DNA of 63,791 nt, counting the filler. It is 4 parts of 4 records of this genome, joined end to end, with 100 filler letters (N's around TTAATTAATTAA, not from the genome) between each part and the next. Parts side by side here need not be neighbours in the genome. Positions count along the whole stretch, not along the records: positions 1 to 19,373 come from SRR31147125_12191; positions 19,474 to 36,531 come from SRR31147125_12198; 2 more parts are not named here. One strand, written 5' to 3'. Shown piece by piece: positions 18,499-29,933 of this stretch (within the stretch, counting starts at the first letter, position 1; every line of letters starts with the position of its first letter). The translations under genes were made by a program, and so were the position numbers. The notes beneath the pieces were generated by a model that did not search any database, was not told the origin of the DNA, and saw only the letters and a program-made list of their open reading frames with translations.

Positions 18499-18943
18499 AC
18501 AAGCAGAACAGCTTTTAAGAAAATATAAAATTATAGCATGGCAACTTGAACAGAATAAAAAAGAAACACTAGCACTTAAAAATGATTATGATTTGATTCC
18601 CTCAACAGTAACCAGTCAGACATATGGGCATGAGAAGGTTAAATCATCTTCAAAGAATACTAATCCTGTTTTAAAAGCTGTTATCAAGATTGATGAAGAA
18701 TATCAGCAAAGAGCAAAAGACCTTGAAGAACAAAGACAGGAGCTATTAACTAGGCGTGCTGATATAGAACTGGTTGTTGATAAAGCTGATCTAACTTGTG
18801 AAGAGCTGCAATGTATCACGGCTAGATACTTTGAAGATAAAGAGATCAGAGCAATATCATTATCTTTAAGCTGTAGCGAAAGTACAGTTAAGCGAATAAA
18901 GATTAATGCTTTACACAAAGTCAATACAGTTTTAGAAAGTTGA
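18488..18943 (+). CDS. Phage late transcriptional regulator (ArpU/RinA, sigma-region-4-like)
   Basis: C-terminal HTH IRAISLSLSCSESTVKRIK; positioned just before the packaging module. Confidence 0.75.
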   Translation: MDYKQAEQLLRKYKIIAWQLEQNKKETLALKNDYDLIPSTVTSQTYGHEKVKSSSKNTNPVLKAVIKIDEEYQQRAKDLEEQRQELLTRRADIELVVDKADLTCEELQCITARYFEDKEIRAISLSLSCSESTVKRIKINALHKVNTVLES

Positions 18944-19044
18944 CCCATTATGAACCGTTTTAGCTGTTATAATGATAGTGTTAGAGAATATAACAAAGGG
19001 CAGGGCTTCGGCTTCTGCCTTTTGTAGTTGTGAAGGGTGGATGA

Positions 19045-19341
19045 ATGGCTAAAGAGTGGGCTAAGTGGTTCTATAACTCTACAGCGTGGAAGGACACCAG
19101 ACAGCTTTACATTGATAACGTTAGCTTCGGAGATTGTGAAGAGTGTGGAGAACTTGGCGAAGTAGTCCACCACAAAGATCCAATAACCAAAGATAATATC
19201 AATGATGTGAACATCACATTGAACTTTGATAACTTACAGCATCTATGTAGTGCTTGCCACAAGAAGAAACACTATCAGATCTTTAAAGCAAAGAGAAAAA
19301 GACGTTACACTTTCAATGCTGATGGAAGTATAAAAATATAG
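19045..19341 (+). CDS. HNH endonuclease (terminase-associated type)
   Basis: FYNSTAWK...CEEC...VHHK...NLQHLCSACHKKKH. Confidence 0.9.
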   Translation: MAKEWAKWFYNSTAWKDTRQLYIDNVSFGDCEECGELGEVVHHKDPITKDNINDVNITLNFDNLQHLCSACHKKKHYQIFKAKRKRRYTFNADGSIKI

Positions 19342-19373
19342 CACCCCCATTAGGAAATATGCTTATGGGGAAC

Positions 19374-19473
19374 NNNNNNNNNNNNNNNNNNNNNNNNNNN
19401 NNNNNNNNNNNNNNNNNTTAATTAATTAANNNNNNNNNNNNNNNNNNNNNNNNNNNNNNNNNNNNNNNNNNNN
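19374..19473. other. Artificial contig spacer
   Basis: N-run with central TTAATTAATTAA (stops in all six frames). Confidence 0.98.
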
Positions 19474-19586
19474 AAAAACACATTATATGGGTGGTGGGTG
19501 GGAAAAGATTAAGGCTTGTCTCTTTTTCCCTATTTTGATAGCTTCCTGCCAGTTTCAATCTACTAAATAATTGCCAGGAGGCCTTC

Positions 19587-20831
19587 ATGAATCGTAAGAC
19601 TTTGTCAGACTTTGATCCCGTAATTGCTGAAGCTATTGAGAATGAAACTAAGCGTCAGGAATTTAAGCTTGAACTTATTCCTTCAGAGAACCTTGTGTCT
19701 AAAGCTGTAATGAATGCGATGGGTTCTGTAATGACTAACAAGTATGCAGAAGGTTACCCAAAAAAACGTTATTATGGTGGTTGTGAATTCGTTGATGTTG
19801 CAGAGCAGGTTGCTCGTGATCGCGCAAAGGAACTTTTTGGTGCCGAATTTGCGAATGTCCAGCCTCACTCAGGTTCCCAAGCAAATATGGGTGTCTATTT
19901 TTCAATCTTAGAGCCAGGCGATAAAATTATGGGGATGAACTTGACGCAAGGTGGTCATTTAACTCATGGTTCCCCGGTATCTTTTTCAGGTGCCCTATAT
20001 AATGTTGTTCATTACGGTGTTGATCCTGAGACTGAATTGATTGACTACGATGCTTGCCTTGAGCTTGCAAAGAAAGAAAAACCAAAATTGATTGTAACTG
20101 GAGCAAGTGCCTATTCTAGAGATATTGATTTTAAAAAGTTTAGAGAGATTGCAGATACGATTGGCGCCTACTTAATGGCAGATATCGCTCATCCAGCAGG
20201 TCTAGTTGCAACAGGTTTTCATTCGGATCCTGTTCCTTATTGTGATTTTGTTACATCAACCACGCACAAGACTCTAAGAGGTCCTCGCGGCGGTCTTATT
20301 CTTTGTCCAAAGAAGCACGCAAAGAAAATTAATAAATCGATTTTCCCTGGGATTCAGGGTGGTCCGCTTTGTCACGTTATTGCTGCAAAAGCGGTTGCCT
20401 TTCAAGAAGATTTACAGCCTGATTATAAAGAGTATTGTGGCCAAGTAATAAAAAATTGTCGAGCGTTGGCTGAGTCTCTAAAAAAGAGAAACTATAGAAT
20501 TGTAACAGGTGGAACTGACACTCATCTCTTCTTAGTCGATCTTCTTGATAAAGATATCACAGGAAAAGAAGCTGAAGAAGCCTTGGAAAATGCTGGTATT
20601 ACTGCAAATAAAAATACAATTCCAAGAGAGACACGTTCTCCATTTATAACAAGTGGTGTTAGGCTCGGGACTCCATCACTTACAACAAGAGGGATGAAGG
20701 AAGCTGAAATGGATATCATTGGTGGTTGGATTGCTGACGTTCTGGATAATATCAGCGATACCGATAGACAAAAAGATATCTTGAATGAAGTTGCTAAACT
20801 TTGCGAAAATTTCCCAATCTATAGGGATTAA
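19587..20831 (+). CDS. glyA: Serine hydroxymethyltransferase
   Basis: [20 protein letters not shown] with the PLP lysine. Confidence 0.98.
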   Translation: MNRKTLSDFDPVIAEAIENETKRQEFKLELIPSENLVSKAVMNAMGSVMTNKYAEGYPKKRYYGGCEFVDVAEQVARDRAKELFGAEFANVQPHSGSQANMGVYFSILEPGDKIMGMNLTQGGHLTHGSPVSFSGALYNVVHYGVDPETELIDYDACLELAKKEKPKLIVTGASAYSRDIDFKKFREIADTIGAYLMADIAHPAGLVATGFHSDPVPYCDFVTSTTHKTLRGPRGGLILCPKKHAKKINKSIFPGIQGGPLCHVIAAKAVAFQEDLQPDYKEYCGQVIKNCRALAESLKKRNYRIVTGGTDTHLFLVDLLDKDITGKEAEEALENAGITANKNTIPRETRSPFITSGVRLGTPSLTTRGMKEAEMDIIGGWIADVLDNISDTDRQKDILNEVAKLCENFPIYRD

Positions 20832-20840
20832 CGAGGCCTT

Positions 20841-21299
20841 ATGAAATGTCCATTTTGTGCGAACATTGAAAGTAGAGTTATTGATTCCAGGCTTACCAAA
20901 GACGGTGGAAGTATAAGACGTCGTAGGGAATGTGAAAAATGTGAGAAACGGTTCACTACCTACGAACGAGTTGAAGAGTCTCTACCGTTTGTTATTAAGA
21001 AAGATGGCAGGCGTGAAGAGTATATTAGGGCTAAGTTGATTAGCGGGATTTCAAAGGCCTGTGAAAAAAGACCTATAAGTGTCGACACGATTGAATCTGT
21101 TGTTAGTCAGATAGAAAAACAGTTGCAGGAGATGGATGCTCAAGAAGTAAGTAGTGCAAAGGTCGGCGAAAAAGTGATGGAAGCCTTAAATGGCCTTGAT
21201 GAGGTTGCATATGTTCGCTTTGCAAGTGTTTACAGATCATTTAAAGATATTAATGAGTTTATGGACGAATTGAAAGACGTCTTAAAAAGTAAAGATTGA
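20841..21299 (+). CDS. nrdR: Transcriptional repressor NrdR
   Basis: MKCPFC...RRRRECEKC...AYVRFASVY. Confidence 0.98.
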   Translation: MKCPFCANIESRVIDSRLTKDGGSIRRRRECEKCEKRFTTYERVEESLPFVIKKDGRREEYIRAKLISGISKACEKRPISVDTIESVVSQIEKQLQEMDAQEVSSAKVGEKVMEALNGLDEVAYVRFASVYRSFKDINEFMDELKDVLKSKD

Positions 21300-21308
21300 T
21301 CCTATCCT

Positions 21309-22385
21309 ATGAAGAGAGATCCCAAATATAATGAGTATATGCAGCTAGCGCTAGAGTTGGCTGCAAATGGTTGGGGAAAAGTAAGTCCTAATCCAATGGT
21401 TGGGGCTGTTGTTTTGAAACGTGGTAAAATTATAGGAATAGGATTTCATGAGAAATTTGGTGGACCTCACGCCGAAGTTAATGCCATAAATGACGCAGGA
21501 AGAGCCGCAAAAGGTGCAACTATTATTGTAAATCTTGAGCCCTGTTGCCATCATGGAAAAACTCCTCCCTGTACAGATCTTATTATAAAAAGCGGAATTA
21601 AAAGAGTTGTATACGGAATGAAGGACCCAAATAAGCTAGTTGCAGGAAAGGGATTAAGACTTCTTAAAAAAGCTGGCATTGAAGTTGTTGGTCCTGTTTT
21701 GGAAGAAGAGTGCAACGCTCTAAATAAAATTTTCACCCATTCAATTCAGAAAAAAACACCTTTTGTCATCTCAAAAGTTGCGATGAGTCTCGATGGAAAG
21801 ATTGCGGCTGGAAATGGTAACTCAAAATGGATCACAAATTCTAAGTGTAGAAAAAGAGTCCACTACTGGAGATCCGGAGTCGATGCAGTTCTTGTGGGCG
21901 CAGAGACAGTTAGAAAAGATGACCCTGTTTTAAATGTTCGAGGAATAAAAGGTGCGTGTCAACCAAGACCCATTGTGATTTCTAATAGCGGAAAGTTGCC
22001 TATAAAGAAAAAAATTTGGGAAAGAAAACCTATTCTTTTTTGTCCAAAAAAATCAAACGTAAAAAGCTTAGAGAAAAAAGGTGTCGAGGTTGTTCGGTTT
22101 GAAAAAAAATCTAGCTGGAGTTTTTTTCTTAAAGAGCTCGGTAAGAGAAACATTTCAAGTATCCTTGTAGAAGGTGGTGGACAAATCCATAGCCAAATTA
22201 TGAAGAAGAAATTGTCAAATTATATGATTGCAACTTTGGCCTTGAAGCTTTTGGGTAGTGGCGGAATTGGCTGGACTCCGGATTGGAAAGTGAAGAGCGT
22301 TGAAGAAGGCCCAGAGATTCTTCCAGATCAGATGTTGTTTTTAGATGATAATATTATTATAGAAGGTGAAGTTAGATATAAGTAA
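21309..22385 (+). CDS. ribD: Riboflavin biosynthesis deaminase/reductase
   Basis: HAE...EPCCHHGKTPPC; SLDGKIA; VEGGG. Confidence 0.97.
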   Translation: MKRDPKYNEYMQLALELAANGWGKVSPNPMVGAVVLKRGKIIGIGFHEKFGGPHAEVNAINDAGRAAKGATIIVNLEPCCHHGKTPPCTDLIIKSGIKRVVYGMKDPNKLVAGKGLRLLKKAGIEVVGPVLEEECNALNKIFTHSIQKKTPFVISKVAMSLDGKIAAGNGNSKWITNSKCRKRVHYWRSGVDAVLVGAETVRKDDPVLNVRGIKGACQPRPIVISNSGKLPIKKKIWERKPILFCPKKSNVKSLEKKGVEVVRFEKKSSWSFFLKELGKRNISSILVEGGGQIHSQIMKKKLSNYMIATLALKLLGSGGIGWTPDWKVKSVEEGPEILPDQMLFLDDNIIIEGEVRYK

Positions 22386-22463
22386 ATAGTGAATTGTTAA
22401 TCGTGAATAGTTGTTTTTTTCTTTAATTGGCAAACATTCACGATTTACGAATTACGATTTACG
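22384..22463. repeat. Intergenic inverted repeat built from heptamer (TCGTAAA-like) units
   Basis: AATAGTGAATTGTTAATCGTGAAT ... ATTCACGATTTACGAATTACGATTTACG; related tract at 30561-30596. Confidence 0.6.
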
Positions 22464-22520
22464 AGTATGCTTCTCGACGTTGCTCGAAGGCTATTAGTTT
22501 TTTATACTATGGAGTAGGGT

Positions 22521-23171
22521 ATGTTTACAGGACTTGTAGAAGGTGTTGGTAAAATAGTTTCAATAAAGAGACGTGGGTATAATGCTCACTTTGAAGTTGA
22601 TGCTAATTTTGATCTCGAGGATACAAATGTTGGTGATTCTGTAGCTATTGAGGGTTGTTGTTTGACAGTAGTTTCAAGGCTGGGGAATCATTTTTGGGCA
22701 GATATTTCAGACGAGACCTTGAGAATTACATCGCTTGGGGGTTTAAAAGAGGGCGACTCTGTAAATGTTGAAAGAGCAATGAAATTGGGTGCAAGGCTTG
22801 GAGGTCATCTTGTTCAAGGACATGCTGATGGAGTTGGAAAAATCAAGTCATTTCAAGATGTTGAGAATGGTAAGGAGTTGGAAGTTCAGGTTCCAAAGAG
22901 TCTTAAAAAATATATTGTAAATAAGGGTTCAATAGCTATAAATGGCGTCAGCTTGACGGTAAATAAGGCAGATGGAGATGTAATATCTGTTAGGATGATC
23001 CCTCATACAGTTGAGGGGACAACTTTTAAATTCAAGAAAGCCGGGGATCCCGTGAATTTAGAGGTTGACATTATCGGCAAATATGTAGAAAAACTACACT
23101 TCCTGGGTTCAGACCAGTTTCATGAAGAGAGTGAAATAACAGAAGAGTTCTTAAGAAAGCATGGGTTTTAG
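22521..23171 (+). CDS. ribE: Riboflavin synthase
   Basis: MFTGLV start; GGHLVQGH. Confidence 0.97.
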   Translation: MFTGLVEGVGKIVSIKRRGYNAHFEVDANFDLEDTNVGDSVAIEGCCLTVVSRLGNHFWADISDETLRITSLGGLKEGDSVNVERAMKLGARLGGHLVQGHADGVGKIKSFQDVENGKELEVQVPKSLKKYIVNKGSIAINGVSLTVNKADGDVISVRMIPHTVEGTTFKFKKAGDPVNLEVDIIGKYVEKLHFLGSDQFHEESEITEEFLRKHGF

Positions 23172-23172
23172 T

Positions 23173-24411
23173 ATGAAGGTTTTACCATACGATGATAACA
23201 AGGCACAGGCGTTAGCCAGGGTTGAGATCGCAATTCAAGATCTGAAAAGTGGAAAATGCGTAATAATGGTAGACGATGAAGATCGCGAGAATGAAGGTGA
23301 TCTTGTTGTAGCAGCTGAAAAAGCAACTCCAGAAGTTATTAACTTCATGGCAAAATACGGAAGAGGACTCATCTGTCTTGCAATGTCTGAAGAGTTGGCT
23401 GATAAGATTGATCTTCCAATGATGGTTTCAAATAATAACTCGCCTTTCGAAACAGGATTTACGGTTTCGGTAGATGCCATGCACGGAATAACAACAGGAA
23501 TTTCAGCGCACGATCGTTCACATACTATACAATTATGTATAGCAGATGATGCTAAACCTGAAGACCTTGCAAGACCTGGTCACATTTTTCCATTGCGTGC
23601 AAGGAAAGGTGGAGTGCTCGTGAGAACAGGCCAGACAGAGGGTTCAGTAGACCTTTCAAGGCTTGCCGGTTTTAAAGAATCAGGAGTTATTTGCGAAATT
23701 ATGAATGATGATGGAACGATGGCAAGACGTCCTGAACTTGAAACTTTTGCAAAAGAACATAATCTTTCAATCGTTTCAGTTGCAGATATTATTAAATATA
23801 GAATGCAAAACGACTCTCTCGTTAGAGAAGTCGCAACTACAGAGTTGCCGCTAGATATAGATGCTGGTTTTAAATTAGTTGCTTTTGAAAATGATGCTGA
23901 TGATAAGACCCATTTGGCTGTTGTAAAGGGTGACCTTTCAGCTGATGAACCTGTTTTGGTAAGAGTCCATTCTGAGTGTTTAACAGGTGATGTTTTGGGT
24001 TCAGCTCGTTGTGATTGTGGCGAACAATTGCAAAATTCTCTAAGAATGATTTCAGAAGAAGGTCGTGGAGTTCTTCTCTATGTAAGGCAAGAAGGGCGAG
24101 GAATTGGACTTCTTAATAAAATAAAAGCATATCATCTTCAGGATCAAGGTTACGACACTGTTGCCGCAAATGAAAAACTGGGTTTTAAAGCAGATCTCAG
24201 GGAGTACGGCATTGGCGCGCAGATACTAAAAGCGTTGGGTTTAAAGAAAATCAGGCTTCTAACAAATAATCCTAAAAAAATTGTAGGCCTTGAGGGTTAT
24301 GGTCTTGAAATAGTAGAACGTGTTCATATCGAATCAGAACCAAAAAAAGCAAATGAGTATTACTTGAAGACAAAAAGAGAAAAGCTCGGTCATTTGCTTG
24401 AAAAGGTTTAG
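23173..24411 (+). CDS. ribBA: DHBP synthase / GTP cyclohydrolase II
   Basis: [32 protein letters not shown]. Confidence 0.97.
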   Translation: MKVLPYDDNKAQALARVEIAIQDLKSGKCVIMVDDEDRENEGDLVVAAEKATPEVINFMAKYGRGLICLAMSEELADKIDLPMMVSNNNSPFETGFTVSVDAMHGITTGISAHDRSHTIQLCIADDAKPEDLARPGHIFPLRARKGGVLVRTGQTEGSVDLSRLAGFKESGVICEIMNDDGTMARRPELETFAKEHNLSIVSVADIIKYRMQNDSLVREVATTELPLDIDAGFKLVAFENDADDKTHLAVVKGDLSADEPVLVRVHSECLTGDVLGSARCDCGEQLQNSLRMISEEGRGVLLYVRQEGRGIGLLNKIKAYHLQDQGYDTVAANEKLGFKADLREYGIGAQILKALGLKKIRLLTNNPKKIVGLEGYGLEIVERVHIESEPKKANEYYLKTKREKLGHLLEKV

Positions 24412-24419
24412 GAGGTTTT

Positions 24420-24890
24420 ATGTCAAGAATGATTGAAGGTCAGTTGACCGCTAAGGGTTTAAATTTTGCATTTGTTGTCGGAAGATTTAACAGTATGATT
24501 TCTGATAGATTGTTAAGTGGTGCTTTAGATACTGTTGCAAGAAGTGGTGGCGACTCAGAAAGTGTTACAGTAGTTAAGGTCCCAGGCGCATTTGAGATTC
24601 CACTAACAGTGAAAAAATTGGCTGAGACGAAGAAATATGATGCTGTTGTCTGTTTGGGTGCAGTGATTCGCGGTGGTACACCACATTTTGATTATGTTGC
24701 AAATGAAATGTCAAAAGGAATCGCTACGGTTTCTTTACAGACAGGAACTCCAGTCGGTTTTGGTGTTATCACTTCAGATAACCTTGAACAGGCTGTTGAG
24801 CGCGCCGGAAGTAAGATGGGAAACAAGGGTGAAGAAGCTGTGTTAGCAGCAATAGAGATGGTTCATGTATTAAGAAAAATTTGCGAATAA
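24420..24890 (+). CDS. ribH: Lumazine synthase
   Basis: [22 protein letters not shown]. Confidence 0.97.
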   Translation: MSRMIEGQLTAKGLNFAFVVGRFNSMISDRLLSGALDTVARSGGDSESVTVVKVPGAFEIPLTVKKLAETKKYDAVVCLGAVIRGGTPHFDYVANEMSKGIATVSLQTGTPVGFGVITSDNLEQAVERAGSKMGNKGEEAVLAAIEMVHVLRKICE

Positions 24891-24915
24891 TTATTAACAA
24901 TAATAGGTCTTTGAT

Positions 24916-25323
24916 ATGGGTATAAGAAGAAGAAGTCGTGAAGCTGCTTTTCAGTTTTTGTATCAAGTTGATATGGCAGAAAATGAACACACAAAAGCTA
25001 TGGGTGATTTCTGGGAACAGATGGGCGTGCCTCATCAGTCCAGAGACTTCACGTCGAGCATAATAGATGGAACCTTGGATAATCTCGAAGAGATCGACTC
25101 GTTAATTTCCAAGCATTCTCATCACTGGAAAATCAACAGAATGAATAGTGTTGATAAGAACGTCTTACGTATTGGAATTTTTGAGTTGCTCTATTGTCAA
25201 GAGACCCCGGTAAAAGTCATCATAAATGAAGCCATTGAAATTGGTAAGAAGTTTGGAACTGAGGAGTCTGGTTCCTTTATTAATGGTATACTAGATAAGA
25301 TTTCAAAAGAAGTGAGAGTTTAG
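24916..25323 (+). CDS. nusB: Transcription antitermination factor NusB
   Basis: RRRSRE...INEAIEIGK...FINGILD. Confidence 0.96.
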   Translation: MGIRRRSREAAFQFLYQVDMAENEHTKAMGDFWEQMGVPHQSRDFTSSIIDGTLDNLEEIDSLISKHSHHWKINRMNSVDKNVLRIGIFELLYCQETPVKVIINEAIEIGKKFGTEESGSFINGILDKISKEVRV

Positions 25324-26223
25324 TGGTAAATAAAAAGAAAATAATTGTAGCTAGTTCTGCAGGGTTTTGTTGGGGAGTTAACAAGGCTTTTGATAAGACT
25401 CTGGAAGTTGCAAAGGTTGTCGACAAAGATACAACTCTCTATACCTACGGTCCTTTGATTCACAATCGTGTTGCAGTTTCAATGTTAGAAAAAGAGGGCG
25501 TTAAAGTTCTCGACGATATCCCCAAAAATTTAAATGGTGCGGCAGTTGTTGTTCGAACCCATGGTATTTCGCCCGATGAACGACGTCGATTGAAGGAATC
25601 AGGAGCTACAATATACGACGCAACTTGTCCCGATGTGGGTTACATTCAGGGAATTGTGAAGAAGCATCTAAGAAAAGAATACAATATCATTATTGTTGGG
25701 AATAAAGAGCATCCAGAGGTTGAAGCGTTATTAGGTTTTGCCGAAGGTCACGGTCTTGCTATTTCTTCAATTCAAGATATCGATAAAATTCCAGATGAGT
25801 GGCAGAAGATTTGTGTAGTCGCTCAGAGTACACAGAAAGAAGAAGACTACATCAATGTTACGAACAAATTAAGAGAGACTCGTGAAGAGTGTATTTTTTA
25901 ATACTATCTGCAAAGCTACTTCGCTTAGGCAGGAAGAGGTTCGTGAACTCGCTACAAAAGTTGATGTTGTGGTGGTCGTGGGCGGTTATAATAGTGCTAA
26001 TACAAATAAATTGGCTCAGATTTCTAGAGAAACAGGAATTCCCACTTTTCATATTGAAGAGGCTGGCGAGCTAAACCTCAATGATTTTAAAGACTTTGAT
26101 ATAATTGGGATTACTGCCGGGGCCTCAACTCCGAGGGGTTCCATTGAGCGAGTTATCAAAAAACTCAAGGATATCGGTAATATAGACGTCTTTTGGTCAT
26201 CTATGGACGATAAAGTAAGCTAA
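25323..26223 (+). CDS. ispH: 4-hydroxy-3-methylbut-2-enyl diphosphate reductase (indel in T-run near 25895)
   Basis: GFCWGV, DATCP, NTICKAT, SANT and TAGASTP motifs spread over two frames. Confidence 0.92.
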
Positions 26224-26307
26224 AATCTAGCTATCTTCTTGACATATAACGATTTATCTACTATTCCGCTACCTCACATTAGAATGTGAAGGCACTGGTG
26301 TATATTT

Positions 26308-27639
26308 ATGTTTCAATCAATATCTAATGGTTTTCAAAAGACTTTTAAGACTCTAAGGGGTCGAGGTAAGCTCTCTGAAAAAAATGTTGAAGATGCAATC
26401 CGTGAAATTCGGATGTCGTTGCTTTCTGCTGATGTTCATCTACATGTTGTTAAGGAATTTATAACTGATGTAAAAGAGAAGGCCTTAGGTAGTAAGGTTC
26501 TTGATAGCCTTTCTCCCGATCAACAATTTGTGAAGATTGTTCACGATGAGTTGATAGAAGTAATGGGTGAAGCTGTTGATCTTAATCTCGCCTTTAGACC
26601 TCCTGTAGTTATCATGTGTGTTGGACTACAGGGTTCTGGAAAAACAACAACCGTTGCAAAGCTTGCCAAGAAGATTTCTTCTGAAGGCAAGACTTGTTAT
26701 ATGGTTCCGGCTGATCTTAGACGCCCGGCAGCTGTGGAACAGCTGACTGTTTTGGGCAAGCAGCTAAATATCGAAGTTCATCCTTCAAAGTCGGGTGATA
26801 GCCCGGTTACAGTTTCAAAAGAAGCTGTGAAGTATGCTTCAAGACATGGCTTTGATGTTGTTTTGATAGATACTGCAGGTAGACTTCATGTTGATGAAGA
26901 ACTGATGCATGAAGTGAAGCAGATCGCAGGTAAAGTTGACCCGCAACATGTATTATTTGTTGCAGATTCTATGACCGGTCAGGATGCTGTAAAGAGTGCA
27001 AAGGCATTCACTGAAGCGTTACCACTTTCAGGTGTTATTTTGACAAAGCTTGATGGTGATGCAAGAGGTGGTGCTGCTCTTTCGATTCGTAAAGTGACTG
27101 GTTGCCCAATCCTTTTCACTGGTGTGGGTGAAAAATTGGACGCATTGGAGCGATTCTGGCCAGATAGAATGGCTTCTCGTATCCTTGGAATGGGCGATAT
27201 GCTTTCATTGATTGAAAGCGCAACGCAGAACATTGATGAAGAAGACGCGGGTAAGTGGGTAAAAAGGGCATATTCGAACAGATTGACCTTTGATGACTTG
27301 AAACAACAGTTTAGAACAGTCAAAAAAATGGGATCTGTTGGTAAGATAATGAATATGATGCCTGGAGCGGGAAGGATGATGGATAAACTCGATGGTGTTG
27401 ATCTCGACCGTGAGATGAAACGCAAAGAGGCCATCATAGATTCGATGACAAAGAAGGAGAAGTGCTTTCCAAAGATACTTAATGGTTCCAGGAGAAAAAG
27501 AATTGCAATGGGAAGTGGAACTCAAGTTAGCGATGTTAATAAACTCGTTAAAGAGTTTGAAATGATGCAAAAAATGATGAAAAAAGCCAAAAAAGGCGGA
27601 ATGAAAAACATGATGAAAATGATGAATTCATTAAGATAG
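26308..27639 (+). CDS. ffh: Signal recognition particle protein
   Basis: GLQGSGKTT, DTAGR, DGDARGGAA; Met-rich M domain. Confidence 0.98.
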   Translation: MFQSISNGFQKTFKTLRGRGKLSEKNVEDAIREIRMSLLSADVHLHVVKEFITDVKEKALGSKVLDSLSPDQQFVKIVHDELIEVMGEAVDLNLAFRPPVVIMCVGLQGSGKTTTVAKLAKKISSEGKTCYMVPADLRRPAAVEQLTVLGKQLNIEVHPSKSGDSPVTVSKEAVKYASRHGFDVVLIDTAGRLHVDEELMHEVKQIAGKVDPQHVLFVADSMTGQDAVKSAKAFTEALPLSGVILTKLDGDARGGAALSIRKVTGCPILFTGVGEKLDALERFWPDRMASRILGMGDMLSLIESATQNIDEEDAGKWVKRAYSNRLTFDDLKQQFRTVKKMGSVGKIMNMMPGAGRMMDKLDGVDLDREMKRKEAIIDSMTKKEKCFPKILNGSRRKRIAMGSGTQVSDVNKLVKEFEMMQKMMKKAKKGGMKNMMKMMNSLR

Positions 27640-27656
27640 TTTTTAGGAGGAAAAAG

Positions 27657-27908
27657 ATGGCGTTAAAAATTAGGTTGACCAGAAGAGGCGCAAAAAAGAA
27701 TGCATTGTATCGCTTGGTAATACAAGATGTTGATGCATCACGTGATGGAAAGTTCAAAGAAATTATTGGAACATACAATCCTCACGAAGAAGAAGCTAAA
27801 AAACTGGTCTACAAGAAAGATCGTTATGACTACTGGTATGGCAAAGGTGCTAGACCAACACAGACTGTTGGTAGATTAGTCAAGAAGATCTCTGCTCCAA
27901 GTGCATAG
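27657..27908 (+). CDS. rpsP: 30S ribosomal protein S16
   Basis: KIRLTRRG...RDGKFKE; canonical operon position. Confidence 0.96.
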   Translation: MALKIRLTRRGAKKNALYRLVIQDVDASRDGKFKEIIGTYNPHEEEAKKLVYKKDRYDYWYGKGARPTQTVGRLVKKISAPSA

Positions 27909-27950
27909 TGGTATTTGTGGTTTGGCTAAAAGTTTACTGAGGAGGTAGAA

Positions 27951-28193
27951 ATGGACGGCATACTTAAGAATCTAGTTGAAACTATGGCAAAAGCCTTAGT
28001 TGACAAGCCAGAAGAAGTTGAAGTCTCAGAAGTTGAAGGTGAGCAGACAACAGTTATTGAGCTTAAAGTAGCAAAAGAGGATTTAGGTAAGATAATTGGT
28101 AAACAAGGTCGCACAGCTCGTTCAATGAGAACAATTTTGAGTGCATCATCCACAAAGATCAGAAAACGCTCTGTTTTGGAGATATTAGAATAG
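27951..28193 (+). CDS. khpA: KH-domain RNA-binding protein KhpA
   Basis: [13 protein letters not shown]. Confidence 0.93.
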   Translation: MDGILKNLVETMAKALVDKPEEVEVSEVEGEQTTVIELKVAKEDLGKIIGKQGRTARSMRTILSASSTKIRKRSVLEILE

Positions 28194-28197
28194 TATT

Positions 28198-28731
28198 GTG
28201 AATAGTATTAAGTATTATCAAGACCAGGAACTTGTAGTAACTGGGCGGATTAGAAAGCCCTTTGGAGTTCGAGGTCAATTAAGTGTTGATTGGAATAATG
28301 GTAAATGTCCTGTTAAAGTTGGAGAGGGTTTTATCTATCTCGAAACTAAAGAGGATAAGGTTTTAAGGAAGTTTACTATCCTAAAAGACCATAGGCACGG
28401 CGATCATGATGTCATAACTTTAGAGGGCGTGATAGGTCGAAGTGATGCTGAGAAGTTTTATGGGTCTGACATATGGATAGATAAAGATGTTCTTTCAGAA
28501 TTAGAAGAAGGTGAGTATTACACCTATCAACTTTTGGGAATGCGAGTTGAAAGTCTGGACGGAGAGTTTTTAGGAACTATTGAGAATATCTTTGCAACGG
28601 GAAGTAACGATGTCTACGTTGTTAAGAAGGGTGATGAAGAACTTTTGGTTCCTGCAATTGAAGATGTTGTTAAAAGTATAGATATCTCGGCAAAACTGAT
28701 GAAGATCGAATTGATTGAAGGCTTGAGATAA
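28198..28731 (+). CDS. rimM: Ribosome maturation factor RimM
   Basis: GRIRKPFGVRG, EGEYY, GSNDV. Confidence 0.95.
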   Translation: MNSIKYYQDQELVVTGRIRKPFGVRGQLSVDWNNGKCPVKVGEGFIYLETKEDKVLRKFTILKDHRHGDHDVITLEGVIGRSDAEKFYGSDIWIDKDVLSELEEGEYYTYQLLGMRVESLDGEFLGTIENIFATGSNDVYVVKKGDEELLVPAIEDVVKSIDISAKLMKIELIEGLR

Positions 28732-28747
28732 ATCACTGGAGAATAGT

Positions 28748-29428
28748 GTGAGTAGTATACGTTTTGACATATTATCAATCTTTCCGGAGGCTTTTACTTC
28801 AGCTGCTTCAGTAAGTATTTTGAAGCGAGCGATATTGTCGGGAAATATCGATTTGGTTTTGCACGATATTAGACAGTATGCTGAAGGTCGTCATAGATCA
28901 GTTGACGATAGTCCTTATGGTGGTGGCGCAGGAATGTTAATGAAGCCTGAACCAATCTTTAAGGCTATGAAAGATGTTGAGGTGGTCGGTAAAAAAAGAC
29001 TTCGAATCTTTTTAACTCCCCAAGGAGAGAGACTGAATCAAAAAGTTGTTAGGGAATTGGCTGAATATGATCAGTTGATTTTGCTTTGCGGACACTATGA
29101 AGGTGTCGATCAGCGTGTTAGAGACACGTCGATCGATAGAGAAATATCCGTTGGTGATTTTGTTTTGACTGGTGGTGAATTGCCCGCATTAATAGTGTGT
29201 GATGCTGTATCTAGGTTGGTCGATGGCGTTCTTGGTAATTCAGATTCTCATATGGATGAATCCTTTGAGAATGGTTGTTTGGAATACCCACAGTATACGA
29301 GACCAGCTGAATATAAAGGTTTAAAGGTCCCAGAAATATTGCTTTCTGGAGATCAAAAAAAGATAGATGAATGGCGAAAAAAAGAAGCCATTAAAAAGAC
29401 TTCAAAAGTAAGACCTGATTTGGTATAG
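28748..29428 (+). CDS. trmD: tRNA (guanine-37-N1)-methyltransferase
   Basis: DDSPYGGGAGM, CGHYEGVDQR, LTGGE, PQYTRP. Confidence 0.98.
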   Translation: MSSIRFDILSIFPEAFTSAASVSILKRAILSGNIDLVLHDIRQYAEGRHRSVDDSPYGGGAGMLMKPEPIFKAMKDVEVVGKKRLRIFLTPQGERLNQKVVRELAEYDQLILLCGHYEGVDQRVRDTSIDREISVGDFVLTGGELPALIVCDAVSRLVDGVLGNSDSHMDESFENGCLEYPQYTRPAEYKGLKVPEILLSGDQKKIDEWRKKEAIKKTSKVRPDLV

Positions 29429-29472
29429 GATAGAGCGTTTTTAGTGACGCTTATGATGGAAGGAGTAGGAAA

Positions 29473-29913
29473 ATGTTTGGTTTTGAGGAATTTGAAAAGA
29501 AACAGATGAATAAAGACGTCCCAGAATTTAAGTCTGGCGATACCGTTAAAGTTCATACAAAGATTCGCGAAGGTGATAAAGAGCGTATCCAGATTTATGA
29601 AGGTGTCGTTATTAAGAGAAAAGGTAGTGAAAATCGTAAGACTTTTACAGTCCGTAAAGTTTCTTATGGTGTTGGCGTTGAACGTGTGTTCCCTCTTTAC
29701 TCACCAATGATTGACAAAATTGAAGTCAAACAGCGTGGTAAAGTTAGACGTTCAAAACTCTACTACTTAAGAAATCTTTCTGGTAAGGCTGCTCGTATTA
29801 CAGAAAAGAGAGAGTGGGAAGTTAATCGCGAGAAAGCTTTGGCTGAAGAGTTTGGAACTGAAACTCCAGAAGCAAAGACAGAAGAAAAAGCGGCAGAAAC
29901 TAAGGAATCATAA
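29473..29913 (+). CDS. rplS: 50S ribosomal protein L19
   Basis: [18 protein letters not shown]. Confidence 0.98.
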   Translation: MFGFEEFEKKQMNKDVPEFKSGDTVKVHTKIREGDKERIQIYEGVVIKRKGSENRKTFTVRKVSYGVGVERVFPLYSPMIDKIEVKQRGKVRRSKLYYLRNLSGKAARITEKREWEVNREKALAEEFGTETPEAKTEEKAAETKES

Positions 29914-29933
29914 TTATCTAAAGAAAACTTTTC

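Larger units (their letters stand above)
3626..19373. mobile_element. Temperate prophage, left arm (att to HNH; structural genes beyond contig end)
   Basis: att core, integrase, LexA-type repressor and cro, small early genes, Rep, VRR-NUC, late regulator and HNH in canonical siphophage order. Confidence 0.9.

Noticed and set aside
19374-19473. TTAATTAATTAA palindrome as a biological site (also 36532-36631 and 58114-58213)
   Set aside because: Six-frame stop linker embedded in Ns; artificial.
25860-25910. Programmed frameshift or split ispH
   Set aside because: Indel in a T-run, in an assembly with many such errors.
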